Source: Octopus bimaculoides (Eukaryota). Taken from it: DNA of 64,000 bases. The DNA lies in contig NC_068982.1 of NCBI RefSeq assembly GCF_001194135.2, positions 9,403,778 through 9,467,777 of the forward strand, read 5' to 3'. The position numbers and the translations under genes were made by a program. A model generated the notes under the pieces. The model had not been told where the DNA came from. It made no database searches and was given only the letters and a program-made list of their open reading frames with translations. Below are positions 23,591-37,042 of this stretch, in pieces; position 1 is the first letter of the stretch, and the number at the start of each line of letters is the position of its first letter.

Positions 23591-25730
23591 TAATATACCC
23601 ATTGTGAATAAATATAATAGGTACAATACACTTCTGAAACAATTCTTTTGAAATCAATGCCCCAAGAATTTAACACACACACACACAAACACACACAGAT
23701 ACATACATACATACATACATGCATACATACATACATACATACATACATACATGCATACATACATACATAACTGCAAGTATGTATAAATGTATGTATGTAC
23801 AGACACACATGTGTGTGTCCGTTATATTTCAAACTCCAGAACAATCTAAAACGTCAATTTTTTTTATTGTGTACCGAAAGAAACCGACAAAAATTATTTT
23901 TGACAAGTCTGCGTCATAAAACGAAGTATTTTTATATCGGTCGTATATTCTCATCTTGATGCAATTCGTTTACGAAGTAATAAAGAAAAACATACCTAAC
24001 ACCTTAACACATCACTTAATGAAAGAAAGCTAAAACAAAGAAATATCTTCTAACTAGTAGTGTAGGCGTTGTTTATTAGTAGATACTCTGCCTCTCAAGA
24101 AAATTGAGAATAAACTAAAATGTTTTAAATGAATTTGTTAAAATTTAAATTCTTTGAATTAGGAGAAAATGGTCAAGAAACAATAAATAAGGTCATTATT
24201 ATTTAAAGTTGCAAACCAAGTACTAGAAACCGATTGTAATGTTTATGAAAAATGAAAACAAAGTCAGTAAGACATATTGTGCGTGTAACTCTGTAACAAA
24301 TCCAAATAACTTTTTCTCCTACATCATAAAAGCTACATGACGTACTCATGTGATTTCTTCAAAATGCTATTAAACAAAAAGTTAAGAACCATTAAGTGAA
24401 TAGCACGTAAACCATTGAAAGAAAAGCGGTAATTGGGTGATATAACTCATTCGTCCACTTAAACCATTTACATGCAGCAAGACATCCCCAACCAAATATG
24501 CACCGATGCCATGTACAGAGACATCACGAGGTCATCCTCCAGTAGATTCATGCCAATTTGGTCTCCTTCAATCACACAAAAACAGGGGACCTGAATATAT
24601 GAAGGAAACCACCTTGCACCACGCTCTCCTTAAGCATGATTTGTATTCAGGTAGATCTTTCGAAAAATATTGCATGTAACGTTAAAAGCAATAAAACAAT
24701 TTTTAACAAACACCATGCGTGCCAAAATTTAGATGTTTTGTGTTTTATTTCTTATACAGATAATAATCTTTCTTGTACAGAAACAAAAAGCGGGGTTAAT
24801 GGTAAGTTGGAAAGTTTTGTTTCAAATACTTTCTTGTGTACACGGAACATTCGCATCAAGCGTCTTATTTATTCGACAGACTTTTGTGTTGGAAAATATG
24901 ACTATTCATGAGAAAGCATTTATCCCAAGTGAAATAATTTAGAGACAATCTTAATTCGGTTAGCGTAAGTTGAAATTAATATATGTGAAGGTATATTAAT
25001 CTAAACGAAATACTTTAAAGGACATCTTCATCCGGGTACTTTTACAAGTGCTGAAGTTATTTGTATGATAAAAGCTTATTGTATTCTTTATAGGCTATAT
25101 GTCAAACCCAGTAAGATGATCACCTAAAGATGAAAATACAAGAAGATCGTAGAATATTAGAAGACTGATAGTTGAAAAATTATTTCAAATTTCACTTTAT
25201 GTTCACCATAAAGAAATATTTTAATCTTAAAGCGCTTTGCTGATAAGGTAAAACAGCTTTTTCTGTGGGACACGGCATTACAAAAAAATGACTCACCGAC
25301 CTGTGATGAAAACTGACGTTACAATGTAAAAGATTCAAAACAAATCATGTATAAAAAAAGCATGACAAATTTGTTAAGTAAATTTCTAGCCTACAGCAAA
25401 AGTGAATATGTCAGCCACTATCTTCATGTGATCGTTGATTATTTAGTAAATATGTAGAAGTTTATATAATACAGTCCGAAATACCATTCTATTAACGTTA
25501 ACTGTAAAATATATAGAAAGTCTAGGCTTAAAAAATATCAGATATTATACCTGAATATGTGAGTACAGGTATTCAAACATATCTATGCAAAATATGCAAT
25601 CGTCTAAACGAGGTTTTATATTTTATACTGTCATGTTGAAAAATTCTTCTCAAAATTTGGGAACACATTAAGGGAAATTCAGATTGTGAGAAAAAATTTG
25701 AAAAGATCAGTATATGAATGTATTGATATA

Positions 25731-25966
25731 CATGGTGGGCCAAAAGTAGGTTTACAGTTATCGCGTAGGCACCTTACATTTCTTTTAAACCATTCTATTA
25801 CATTTAAATTTCTATATTGCAAACTGAAAAGGAAGCTTGACAAAATTAATTAAATTAGCATAGAATAATGGTTTCATATATTTTTATAATTAAGATCTAA
25901 ACTGTTAATACATGAATGCGAAAGAGATATTTGAATAACTGTAAACCTACTTTTTGGGCCACTCTG
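25731..25966. mobile_element. Tc1/mariner-superfamily MITE
   Basis: ~30-bp TIRs CA..GTGGGCCAAAAGTAGGTTTACAGTTA / TAACTGTAAACCTACTTTTTGGGCCACTCTG; TA on both flanks (25729-30, 25967-68). Confidence 0.85.
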
Positions 25967-25989
25967 TATATTGAGTGAGTCTAGAACAT

Positions 25990-26580
25990 CCCCCCCCCCA
26001 TGGACAATAACCCCACCGACAACAATTACCCCTGAAGGCAACAATCTCCTAGGACAATTACCCCTAAGCAGTTAAACCCCGATGTGTACCGTATTTTCCC
26101 GTGTATAAGCCGCTGTTTTTTTTTTACCTGGGAAATTTATGTGCGGCTTAGAGAAAGGTGCGCCTAATGTGTGTATTTTTTAAAAGTTTCGAATGACTCC
26201 ACTGAATTATTCAGTGGAAAGGTCGGTCGGGGAACAACGTGAAAGACTACTGCTGCAGTACATTGGTGCCCGAAAGAAAACCAAGCATATTGGTTTTGTT
26301 TAACCTTCATGTTTTGATAATATTATTTTTTATCTAATAAAGACTTTAACATTGACGAAATGCGTTAGTTGTCGATTATTTCTAGAAAGAAATACTTAGA
26401 TGATTCAGCCCGTATTAATATCGTAGTTAACAATTATGAAAACATGAATGTGATACAATATTTGCGAGGAATCGCGTATAATTTGCATTTTTAGATGATG
26501 ATTTAAAACTTCTTAATATATTGGAAAGGGGGTAATTAACCAAGCGGGGTATTTGTTCTAGGCGCGTAATTGTCTTAATA
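25990..26580. mobile_element. Decayed non-autonomous DNA element with subterminal ACAAT(T/A)ACCCC repeats, plus a Tc2/pogo-like terminus (CCGTATTTTCCCGTGTATAAGCCGC, ~26088) inside it
   Basis: Three ACAAT(T/A)ACCCC units on the left; GGGGTAATT / GGGGTATTTGT / GTAATTGTC on the right. Confidence 0.5.
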
Positions 26581-27964
26581 CGATATTGAATAACCTAGTT
26601 GTATTAATTAATTCACAATTTGGAATATAACAGCAAAGATGAAATACTTACTATGGTATATATTGTAATGCTTCTACAGAATATATACCACTGAAATAAA
26701 GAACACAAAGATATTTTCAACGAAATCTATTTACAAATGCAAGGAATTAATAAATACGATAAGTTTTTTAAATGAGGAGTGTGGAAGGAATAGATTATAA
26801 AAGGCAAACAACCCTAGGATAAAGATTAAAGCCATCCGTGAACACACTCTGCAACTCTATTTTGTTTAAAAGACTGTTTTTAATGGTGACTGGGTTAATG
26901 CAATCGTTGATCTATAAATGAAATGATGTGACATAGTCTTTAGAGATTAAGTATGAGTAACAACGAATGTCTACTCATGTGTATGGGAAGAACAAACCTT
27001 CAGTAAATAGTGATATAGCGATTTATGCAATGAATTCAAACACAAGTCTCAACAAAAGACAATACGAATAAGGAAGTTTTTCACAAGCCTTTCATGAAAT
27101 ATTTATTGATTTCTATACAGAAGATCATTAGTCTATATGTCTATTCTATATATACATATACATACATCCATGCATACATACATACATACATACATACATA
27201 CATACCTACATACATACATATATGTTCTTCATTAATTAGCATGTGATGACTGACAAAAAACATAACTAGGAAAATAGGTTTAGATGAAATGAATCGGCTT
27301 CAAACGAATCGCCCAAACAATAAACTTAATTATTTAATGTGTAAACATAATTTGAGCGGTACACACACACAGAGGCACGCACACGTACACAAACACACAC
27401 ACACACACACACGCTCACAAACACACACAAACACAAATATATATACGCAAATACACACACTAAGACTCATATATTTCAAACGCACAAATATGCCGCGCGC
27501 ATGTACAGGTACTCATGTATACGTGTGCATTTGTGTGTGTGTGTGTGTGTTTGTGTGTGTATAAGTATACACATGTGTATATGTGTATACGACTACAAAT
27601 AATATGGGTGGCTTATTAGCAATCTAACCACCGAAAGGTAAATTTATAGATGCCACAAAAGCGACAGAGAGTACTAAGTAGTACCAGCATTGCTAGAAAT
27701 AAGAGTCAAAACTATTCCATCGCCACTAAAGCACTATTTTAATGACTACCAAGAGGAGACAAGCACCCCAGCGGTCATAACCAAATCATCGGCGATTTCG
27801 AATTTTGGTGCAGAACATCTTAATTCTCATCGGTGGCCCTTACCGCGCCTAGAGTTACACACATCTCACCTTGTTTGCTTGTAAGAAAACTGTTGAACCC
27901 ATACGCTGATTTCAAAAGCGGTAAAAATGGAAACGACAAATAATATGGATGGTTGTACATATTA

Positions 27965-28361
27965 GCTGTGTGGTAAGTAGCTTGCTTACCAACCACATCG
28001 TCCCGGGTTCAGTCCCACTGCGTGGCACCTTGGGCAAGTGTCTTCTACTATAGCCTCGGGCCGACCAAAGCCTTGTGAGTGGATTTGGTAGATGGAAACT
28101 GAAAAGAAGCTCGTCGTATATATGTATACATATATATGTGTGTATGTGTGTTTGTGTGTCTGTGTTTGTCCCCTCATCATCGCTTGACAACCGATGCTGG
28201 TGTGTTTACGTCCCCATAACTTAGCGGTTCGGCAAAAAGAGTACGATAGAATAAGTACTAGGCTTCCAAAGAATAAGTCCTGGGGTCGATTTGCTCGACT
28301 AAAGGCGGTGCTCCAGCATGGCCGCAGTCAAATGACTGAAACAAGTAAAAGAGTAAAGAGT
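27965..28361 (+). mobile_element. SINE family C, slightly 5'-truncated
   Basis: Reverse complement of 16344-16745; short internal TA/TG tract. Confidence 0.9.
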
Positions 28362-31235
28362 ATATACATATGTGTGTTTGTGTGTCTGTGTGTGTGTGTA
28401 GATATATACAGCATACGATAAAGAATTATGAAGATTAGGAGCAATGCTGGAATGTGATGTTTCACTCCGTTATTATTTGGGTTTCGTTCCTCAAAAATAC
28501 CCACGGTGAATTTCCCTTCCAGTCGACACACACGCGCGCGCGAGAGAGAGAGTGCACACACCCATGTATATAAGCACATATATATATGAATACATGTATG
28601 TAAATATGTGTGAGTGTTTGAGTGTACGTACATATAAATATATTTACACTTATATTTATGTGAGTGTATGTATGTGTATGAATGCTTGAGCTCATCTACA
28701 TGTGAAAGAATGTGTGCACATGCCTGCATGTGTACGTATGAAATTGTTAATATACTGACCGGTGAGTCTCTCTAATACACCCAATATAAAATAGCAATAG
28801 ATCTAGCGTATAAAAATGTCTAATATCCTTCGGTATTCTGTTAGGCACGCAGGTTTTCTATTTCTTAGAATTGCACAGTCTTCCAATAAATGAACGGTTT
28901 TGCGTCGAGTGGTTCGTGTTTTGGCTCAAGTGATGTTTCTGCCGAAGCTAAGTAACTTAATCTTATTTTCATTAATCAGAGGAGAATAGGCAGCTCCCCT
29001 GGCATTTTTAGGCTCTCCCTTATTATAGTTTACGTTTGAAGCCGAGAAAAGTCTATGGACATCTAACAACTTCAAAGTAACCAAATGCATTATACTGGCT
29101 GTATAAGTTACAGTGATTGCAACTTTTCGTTATTGAATATTTCTCAATCAATCAGATGACTTTATATAACCCGGGCGGGTCATTATGCCCACGATAAGCA
29201 CACGTACTGGTTTAATTTCACTTCCTTTTTATTCGTGAATTGGATTGCTATTTAACCAATTAATTAGTCGAGGTTTGGATTAATTATTCAGTTAATCGGT
29301 TCATTTTGTCGCTATGTCCTACCTCTTTAATGATATCCCCTCTCTACTCGAGACCAGCTTCAAGTCTCTGACTGTTCCGAGGCACAATAAAAATTCTTCA
29401 AAACACGAGTCACCACCAAGAATCTTGCAAACCAAATACAAAGCGAAAGAGTCTAGGTTTTATATATATATTTCCACTTTATATAGGATTATGTGCTTGT
29501 GTGTGTGAGTGTGTGCGTGTGTGCGAGTGCGTGTGTGCGTATGTGTGTGTTTGAATCTGGATGACTACATGCGTGTTCAATTTTGACTCTACAGCTTCAG
29601 TACTTTCCTACATGTGTAAAAAGTACTTCACTGCGAGTGTTGCTTCAGCTTTGTAGAAAATCAGGAAGTATTCGTGGCTAAACTATTTTCTGGCTCTCAA
29701 AATGACCATTAAGTCCTTTTTAAAGTAAGATGATAAATGACATTTTCTCTCTAAATAGAACGCAAATATTTCCTTTATAGACAGACGTGAGCCTAATAGT
29801 GCCAGCTACTTTAATATCCGATTCTAAAGCCATCACTTCCTTAAGCAACAACATACTTCATCATTAAAAATATTTTGCATGTTAAAGTTATGGAGTCATT
29901 TATCGGGATTAACTACTGCGCTGCTAACACGCATATCAGGCAGACTGCTGCTGTCAGAATTTTCATTGATCTGAACAAAACAAGACGTTTGTTTCTTAAA
30001 TTAAATTAGAAATTTGTAGATTAGCAGAAGCAGAAAGTAGATTCACATCGTGAATCGAAAGCTTCAACAATGGGTCAAAGTTTGTGTCAATCAGATTCAA
30101 CGAAGATTATGTTACTCATATGAGTGTATGTATGTAAATATGTGTGAGTGAGTGTGTCTGTGTGTGCATGTGTGTGCTTGAACGTATATACATATCAATA
30201 TGTACACGTATTTGTAGGCGTATGTATATGTTTACATAGTCATATGTAATATAGAGTATAATGATGTATGTGTATATATATATATATATATATGTATGGT
30301 TTGGCGGAGAGATGTGGTTAGGTTAGTTTGGCCAATACTCTACAGTTGATACTTATCACTGATAGAAGAAAAGTGGAAAAGTAATCAAGATTAGGGTCAA
30401 CTGGTACTTATTTACTTTTGTTCAGTTTCAGAATAAATGGAACGTACTTCAGATGTACTTTGAATACATCATCAATCTCGTAAAGTGATATCAACTTGTT
30501 TGCTCAAAATAGCCACAAAATTGCTCTCAAATCGCACACACAACCGTTCTAAATAAGACAGCACCACTAGATACGGCTAAAAATACTGGATCGTCTTTGA
30601 TCATAGTTCTCCTCCATCAGAGTTGATGTGGAGCCAATCAACACCATCAACGCTGCAAATTATTTCTCTGATTTCATAAACATGATTTTACAAAAGCCTA
30701 GAATCATTAGTTCGAGTAGTGACATAATGTGAACTTTTATTACATATTAACAAGTATCCACGTTTTTCATAGTAACGGAAATAAAGGTTTTCATTTCCGA
30801 CGTTAACTCCTTCGCCTTCTACAACTCAAAGGGTGACTCTCAGGATGGATGGTGGACCTGATAAAAATAGCAGGTGAATATACTGCAATGTGTATTTTAT
30901 GATCATTAAAAAAGATATGAACGCATTAAGTAAAGTAATCTTTGGTATTCATAAAAGACAGGTTAGTCATGACTGGAACGCTTTCATGATAAATGTGTCC
31001 CATGTGCTTCCAATTCTTGGATGAGACATTGAGTACCAGTATCAATATGAAATAATTTCATTTAGGCTACTTTGTAACTATTGAAAAATTCACGATATCG
31101 ATGCTTATTTACTTGATCTACTAGAAACAACAGCCAAATCCTCCTTAAAAAATTAATAAGGTTAAATACCGATCAGAATTAGGGAGAATCGTGGCTCGAA
31201 TGCCTTTATTTGGGTTTCAACTATAACAACGAATT

Positions 31236-31626
31236 GTCGTGGCACTCCGTCAGTTACGACGACGAGGGTTCCAGTTGATTCGATCTACGGAACAGCCTGC
31301 TCGTGAAATTAACGTACAAGTGGCTGAGCACTCCACAGACACGTGTACCCTTAACGTAGTTCTCGAGGAGATTCAGCGTAACACAGAGTGTGATAAGGCT
31401 GGTCCTTTGAAATACAAGTACAACAGAAACAGGAAGAAAGAGTGAGAGAAAGCTGTGGTGAAAAAGAGTACAGCAAGGTTCGCCACTACCACCACCCCTA
31501 GTGGAGCCTCGTGGAGCTCTAGGCGTTTTCGCTTAATAAACACTAACAACGCCCGATCTGAGAATCGAAGCCAAGATTCTAAGACAGCGAATCCGCTGCC
31601 CTAACCACTGGGCCATTGCGCCTCCA
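31236..31626 (-). mobile_element. SINE family B with 12-bp TSD
   Basis: Colinear with 1347-1726. Flanks ATAACAACGAAT (31223-31234) and ATGACAACGAAT (31628-31639). Confidence 0.88.
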
Positions 31627-32170
31627 TATGACAACGAATATTACACATTTGTCAAGGGATCGAGAAAAATCGATTTTTGTAATTCCTTAACCAGAGTCGT
31701 ATACCTATTTATAGTTGTCAACAAGAGCAGATAACTCATTAATGATACCTAAGTTGGTTTCTGTGATGCTATGCTCAACCAAGTAGCTAAGATGAGAGAA
31801 CACACAGATTTAGCAACACATATTACGAAAATGTCAAATTACTCTACTGTATAATTATAAATAAGATTTGTTTATCTTTGGGAGATTAAAACGAAATGTA
31901 GTAATCCTTTTCAAAGGTTATGAAGCTTGCGTTGACAGCAGATGAAGCCTGATCCCTAAGCTTATCAGGCTGTTGACATATTATTATTATTATTATTTAT
32001 GTATAATGTCGTTTATATTGATATGGTGATTAATATTGTACATATACACATATACATGCACGCGTGCACACATATATGCAAACGTATTATGTTTATATGA
32101 ATATATACTTACGCATACATACATAGACGCACGCACATATATATGCATGTACGTATGCATGGATAAATAA

Positions 32171-32215
<45 letters not shown>

Positions 32216-32726
32216 NNNNNNNNNNNNNNNNNNNNNNNNNNNNNNNNNNNNNNNNNNNNNNNNNNNNNNNNNNNNNNNNNNNNNNNNNNNNNNNNNNNNN
32301 NNNNNNNNNNNNNNNNNNNNNNNNNNNNNNNNNNNNNNNNNNNNNNNNNNNNNNNNNNNNNNNNNNNNNNNNNNNNNNNNNNNNNNNNNNNNNNNNNNNN
32401 NNNNNNNNNNNNNNNNNNNNNNNNNNNNNNNNNNNNNNNNNNNNNNNNNNNNNNNNNNNNNNNNNNNNNNNNNNNNNNNNNNNNNNNNNNNNNNNNNNNN
32501 NNNNNNNNNNNNNNNNNNNNNNNNNNNNNNNNNNNNNNNNNNNNNNNNNNNNNNNNNNNNNNNNNNNNNNNNNNNNNNNNNNNNNNNNNNNNNNNNNNNN
32601 NNNNNNNNNNNNNNNNNNNNNNNNNNNNNNNNNNNNNNNNNNNNNNNNNNNNNNNNNNNNNNNNNNNNNNNNNNNNNNNNNNNNNNNNNNNNNNNNNNNN
32701 NNNNNNNNNNNNNNNNNNNNNNNNNN

Positions 32727-32781
<55 letters not shown>

Positions 32782-32947
32782 ATGGGGTAAGTCGGTATAT
32801 TTTCAATGCTATGTTACACGTGTTTTATTACAAGAAAGCAGTTACAAAGAAATACGTGTAAAAAAAAAAAAAGCACATGTAGAGAGTCTTCTATACATAA
32901 TTCTTCATACAAAGACTGACCAGTAATACTTGATATCATTCTTTAAT

Positions 32948-33052
32948 TTTACTCTTTTAGTTGTTTCAGTCATTTGACTGTGGCCATGCTGGAGTCCCGC
33001 CTTTAGTCTAGCAAATCGACTCCAGGACTTATTCTTTGTAAGCCTAGTACAT
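32948..33052 (-). mobile_element. SINE family C, 3' fragment only
   Basis: TTTCAGTCATTTGACTGTGGCCATGCTGGAG...GGACTTATTCTTTGTAAGCCTAGTAC. Confidence 0.8.
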
Positions 33053-33658
33053 AACACGAAAGCAAAACACAGAAATATATTAAAAATACATGTCTGAGAA
33101 GAGCATTAGTTAAACAAAATAAAATGAAACGGTAATAGTTCAAAATGATCAGAATAGCAAGAGCACTTTTAAAATTCGTAAAGGACTGAAGAACGAATTA
33201 GAAACATTAATATTCCTAGTAGAAGGTAAGGTGTATGAACACATACGTTTCTAGGGAAAAGTATTGATTGAAAACTGAAAAGGAAAACGAATTATTCTCA
33301 TAAGCCAAGGAATGGCTTTTTTCTTTCTTTTATTTTTCTTAAGAAATAAACGTACTGAGTAACCAAGAATTCGAACGTTATTGGACCTTAATGAAGACAG
33401 AGGAACGTTGATGTGCTTCTGAAAAAGAAAATACGTCACAGTGGACGTGTGTGATTGAATAGCTTTGTGAAAAGAGATAGCAGGAGAGATGCATACCACA
33501 TGAAACAGCATTAGACAAGTAAATAGAACCAAAAGAATAAGTGGAGTAAAGCTGCATTAAAGTTATTCAAGTAAAAAGTAGTTTAGCGCACATATATACA
33601 AACACATAACCACATTTATAGAAAAATACTAGTACACACACATACAAAAAACTGTCTC

Positions 33659-33945
33659 ACTCTCAGTTACGACCACAAGGGTTTCTGCTCATCCGATCGA
33701 CAGAACGGCCTGATCGTTCACTCTACAGACACACCTGCCCTTAACGCAGTTCTTAGAGAGATTGAGTGTGACACAGAATGTGAAAAGGCCGGTCCTTTGA
33801 AATACAGATACTACTCATTTTTGCCAGCTGAGTGGACTGGAGCATCGTGAAATAAAGTGTCTTGCTCAAAATACAAAGTGGTGCTGGGTATTGAACTCAC
33901 AACCTTCCGATCGTGAGCCTAACCAGTGAGCTTCTTGCCTTCACA
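33659..33945 (-). mobile_element. SINE sharing the family B 3' module but with a different central domain and head
   Basis: 33659-33807 aligns with the family B tail up to TTTGAAATACAG, then diverges into ACTCATTTTTGCCAGCTGAGTGGACTGGAGC...AAGTGTCTTGCTCAA (CORE-like on the minus strand) and a decayed tRNA head. Confidence 0.7.
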
Positions 33946-34074
33946 CACATACTGAAATATATTAAAATTAGAATAAGGGTGCTGAATAGTTACAACACCC
34001 TTATTATAGTTTAATATAAATGGACCATTATGGTATTTTAGTATGCTAGCCACCTACTGATAGATCATTAAATA

Positions 34075-34230
34075 CACCACATTATTTCCATTATTTCCAT
34101 TGTTTACATTTGACGGATATTTGCCCTCATCATGTTTGTTGTTAACACAACGTTTCGGCTGATATACCTTCCAGCCTTCTTCAGGTGTCTTGGGGAACTT
34201 TCGAACCTGGGTTCTCATTCGTAAGTAACA
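34075..34230 (-). mobile_element. Penelope-like terminal fragment with a minimal hammerhead motif (34144-34189)
   Basis: Minus strand GACAC-CTGAAGA-A-GGCTG(GAAGGTATAT)CAGCC-GAAAC-GTT-GTGTT. Confidence 0.7.
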
Positions 34231-34334
34231 GCAGTAGTTGTAGTCATCGATAAAATAAAGTATGAGCGAAGAGTTGGGATCGATGTAATCGAATACCTTG
34301 AAAATCGTAAGTTTTGTGCCAAAGTTGCAAACCT

Positions 34335-34342
34335 TTATTATT

Positions 34343-34386
<44 letters not shown>

Positions 34387-34540
34387 AATCATTATTATCA
34401 TTATTATTACTGCAGCTGCTGCTGATGTGGATCTCGAGTTGTTTCTGCTGCTGCAGATGATGATGGTGGGTGGGGATAGTGACGAAAATGATGACGATGA
34501 CAACGACGACGACGACGACGACGATGATGATGATAATGGT
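34335..34540. repeat. Compound triplet repeats (TAT)(CAT)n(GCT)(GAT)(GAC)
   Basis: Direct reading. Confidence 0.9.
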
Positions 34541-34886
34541 AAACTAATTGAAGAAGCTATAAAACTCGTTTAGAAACTATATTGATGACAGTCGTTGATA
34601 TGTAGGAGAAAACAGAACTACAATGTTATTTATCGCCACAAATTCAATCATTGATTGATGATAACATCTGCTTCTTCGAGAAACCCGTGTAATCGCTTTT
34701 CCACTTGTTTATGATTTATACATAAAACGAAGTCATTGCTGCGTGTCATCAATCCTTAGATTCCAACCTCAAATTAAGGCTTCATCTAACATTATGAAAA
34801 TCTTAAGAGCGAGATGACAGACGAATGTTAGAACTACTTCAGATACGCTTATTTCCTGCATTTTTAGCCCAAATAATACTGATACG

Positions 34887-35050
34887 TAGGCTCAGGAGTG
34901 GCTCTGTGGCAAGTAGCTTACTTACGAACCACATAGTTCCGGGTTCACTCCCACTGCGTGGCACCTTGGGCAAGTGTCTTCTACTATAGCCTCGGGCTGA
35001 CAAAAGACTTGTGAGCGGATTTGGTAGACACAAACTGAAAGAAGTCCGCC

Positions 35051-35082
<32 letters not shown>

Positions 35083-35098
35083 NNNNNNNNNNNNNNNN

Positions 35099-35156
<58 letters not shown>

Positions 35157-35240
35157 GTATGTATATGTTTGTGTGTCTGTGTTTGTCCCCAACATTGCTT
35201 GGCAACCGATGCTGGTGTGTTTACGTCCCCGTAATTTAGC
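34887..35240 (+). mobile_element. SINE family C, 3'-truncated, with expanded internal (TA)n(GT)n and a small gap
   Basis: Head TAGGCTCAGGAGTGGCTCTGTGG; stops after ACGTCCCCGTAATTTAGC. Confidence 0.85.
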
Positions 35241-35430
35241 ATGAGAATACATACATAAAGCAAACCATACAAATCTGCACATATACATACACACATACAA
35301 ACAAACTAAAATATCCCTTTGTTGATGTTGAAATTCCAATGAAGAAGCCTTGGATCTACGTTAGAAACCGACTCTTTCTCTATTGGCAAGAAATCTTCAA
35401 ATTAAACAGAATAATGACATACATACATAC

Positions 35431-35833
35431 AGGCGCAGGAGTGGCTGTGTGGTAAGTAGCTTGCTTACCAACCACATCGTTCCGGGTTCAGTCCCACTGT
35501 GTGGCACCTTGGGCAAGTGTTTTCTACTATAGCCTCGGGCCGACCAAAACCTTGTGAGTGGATTTGGTAGACGGAAACTGAAAGAAGCCCGTCGTATATA
35601 TGTATATGTATACATATGTGAGTGTGTTTGTGTGTCTGTGTTTGTCCCCACAACATCGCTTGGCAACCGATGCTGGTGTGTTTAGTCCCCATAATTTAGC
35701 GGTTCGGCAAAAGAGAACGATTGAATAAGTACTAGGCTTACAGAGAATAAGTCCTGGGGGTCGATGTGCTCGACTAAAAGGCGGTGCTCCAGCATGGCCA
35801 CAGTCAAATGACTGAAACCAGTAAAAGAGTAAA
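35431..35833 (+). mobile_element. SINE family C, full length, inserted in (ATAC)n
   Basis: Full head to AAAAGAGTAA tail; ATACATACATAC on both flanks. Confidence 0.9.
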
Positions 35834-36078
35834 TACATACATACATACATAACGCAGATAGAAAAGTTGGCAATGACTATACATACATATGTCAAGAGTG
35901 ATTACATTTTACACTCAACCCGTCAGTTATCGACGAACATTGCATAAGTATCCACTATGTTTAGCGGTGAAATACTATTGGTTCGACCAATTTATATATT
36001 AAACTCATTCCTGGAAGCTTGTACTTCAATATTAATTGGTACCAAGAGCCTGAATTCTATACAAATCCTGTAAAGATA

Positions 36079-36162
<84 letters not shown>

Positions 36163-36753
36163 GTGCGTGTGTGCGTGCGTGCGTCTGTGAATTCGTTATA
36201 AAGTTAATTTACTACGAGATGTAGCAACAATGTTGGTTCAAAGTGCATTGAAGGCGTTCAGCTTATTCCGAATCATTAACTGATAGATTCTAAATGCTTC
36301 AGAAATATATTAAATGGACTTTCCAATATTAACTTTCAACATAATGTAACCTGCCTGTTGTAAATTAAACCGATATATTCCATACAAATCGTATAGCAAG
36401 CGCATATACATACGCAAACACGTGCATTAGCACACATATATATATATATATATATTTACATATATACGTATATATGTGTGTATGCGTGTATGTGCGTTTA
36501 CATGTGTAAGCGCACGGTAGTGTTAGCTAAATGTATATATATATATATATACACATGTATGCGAGCGTACACGCACACACACATATGTATGGTGTATAGG
36601 AATTAAATGAAATGCTCCATCTGAATTTACAAAATGCAGGCTACCTTATCGGGAAAATTAATAAATTGATAAAGAAAAATCCATTCAACTTATTCTGAAA
36701 TATTTCGAATAGATCTCAAAACACTTCCAAATAATTTGAATACATACATACAC

Positions 36754-36816
<63 letters not shown>

Positions 36817-36860
36817 NNNNNNNNNNNNNNNNNNNNNNNNNNNNNNNNNNNNNNNNNNNN

Positions 36861-36899
<39 letters not shown>

Positions 36900-36955
36900 C
36901 TTGATAGATAGAAAGACAGATAAATACATACAATATGTACATAGATATCTATACC

Positions 36956-37042
<87 letters not shown>

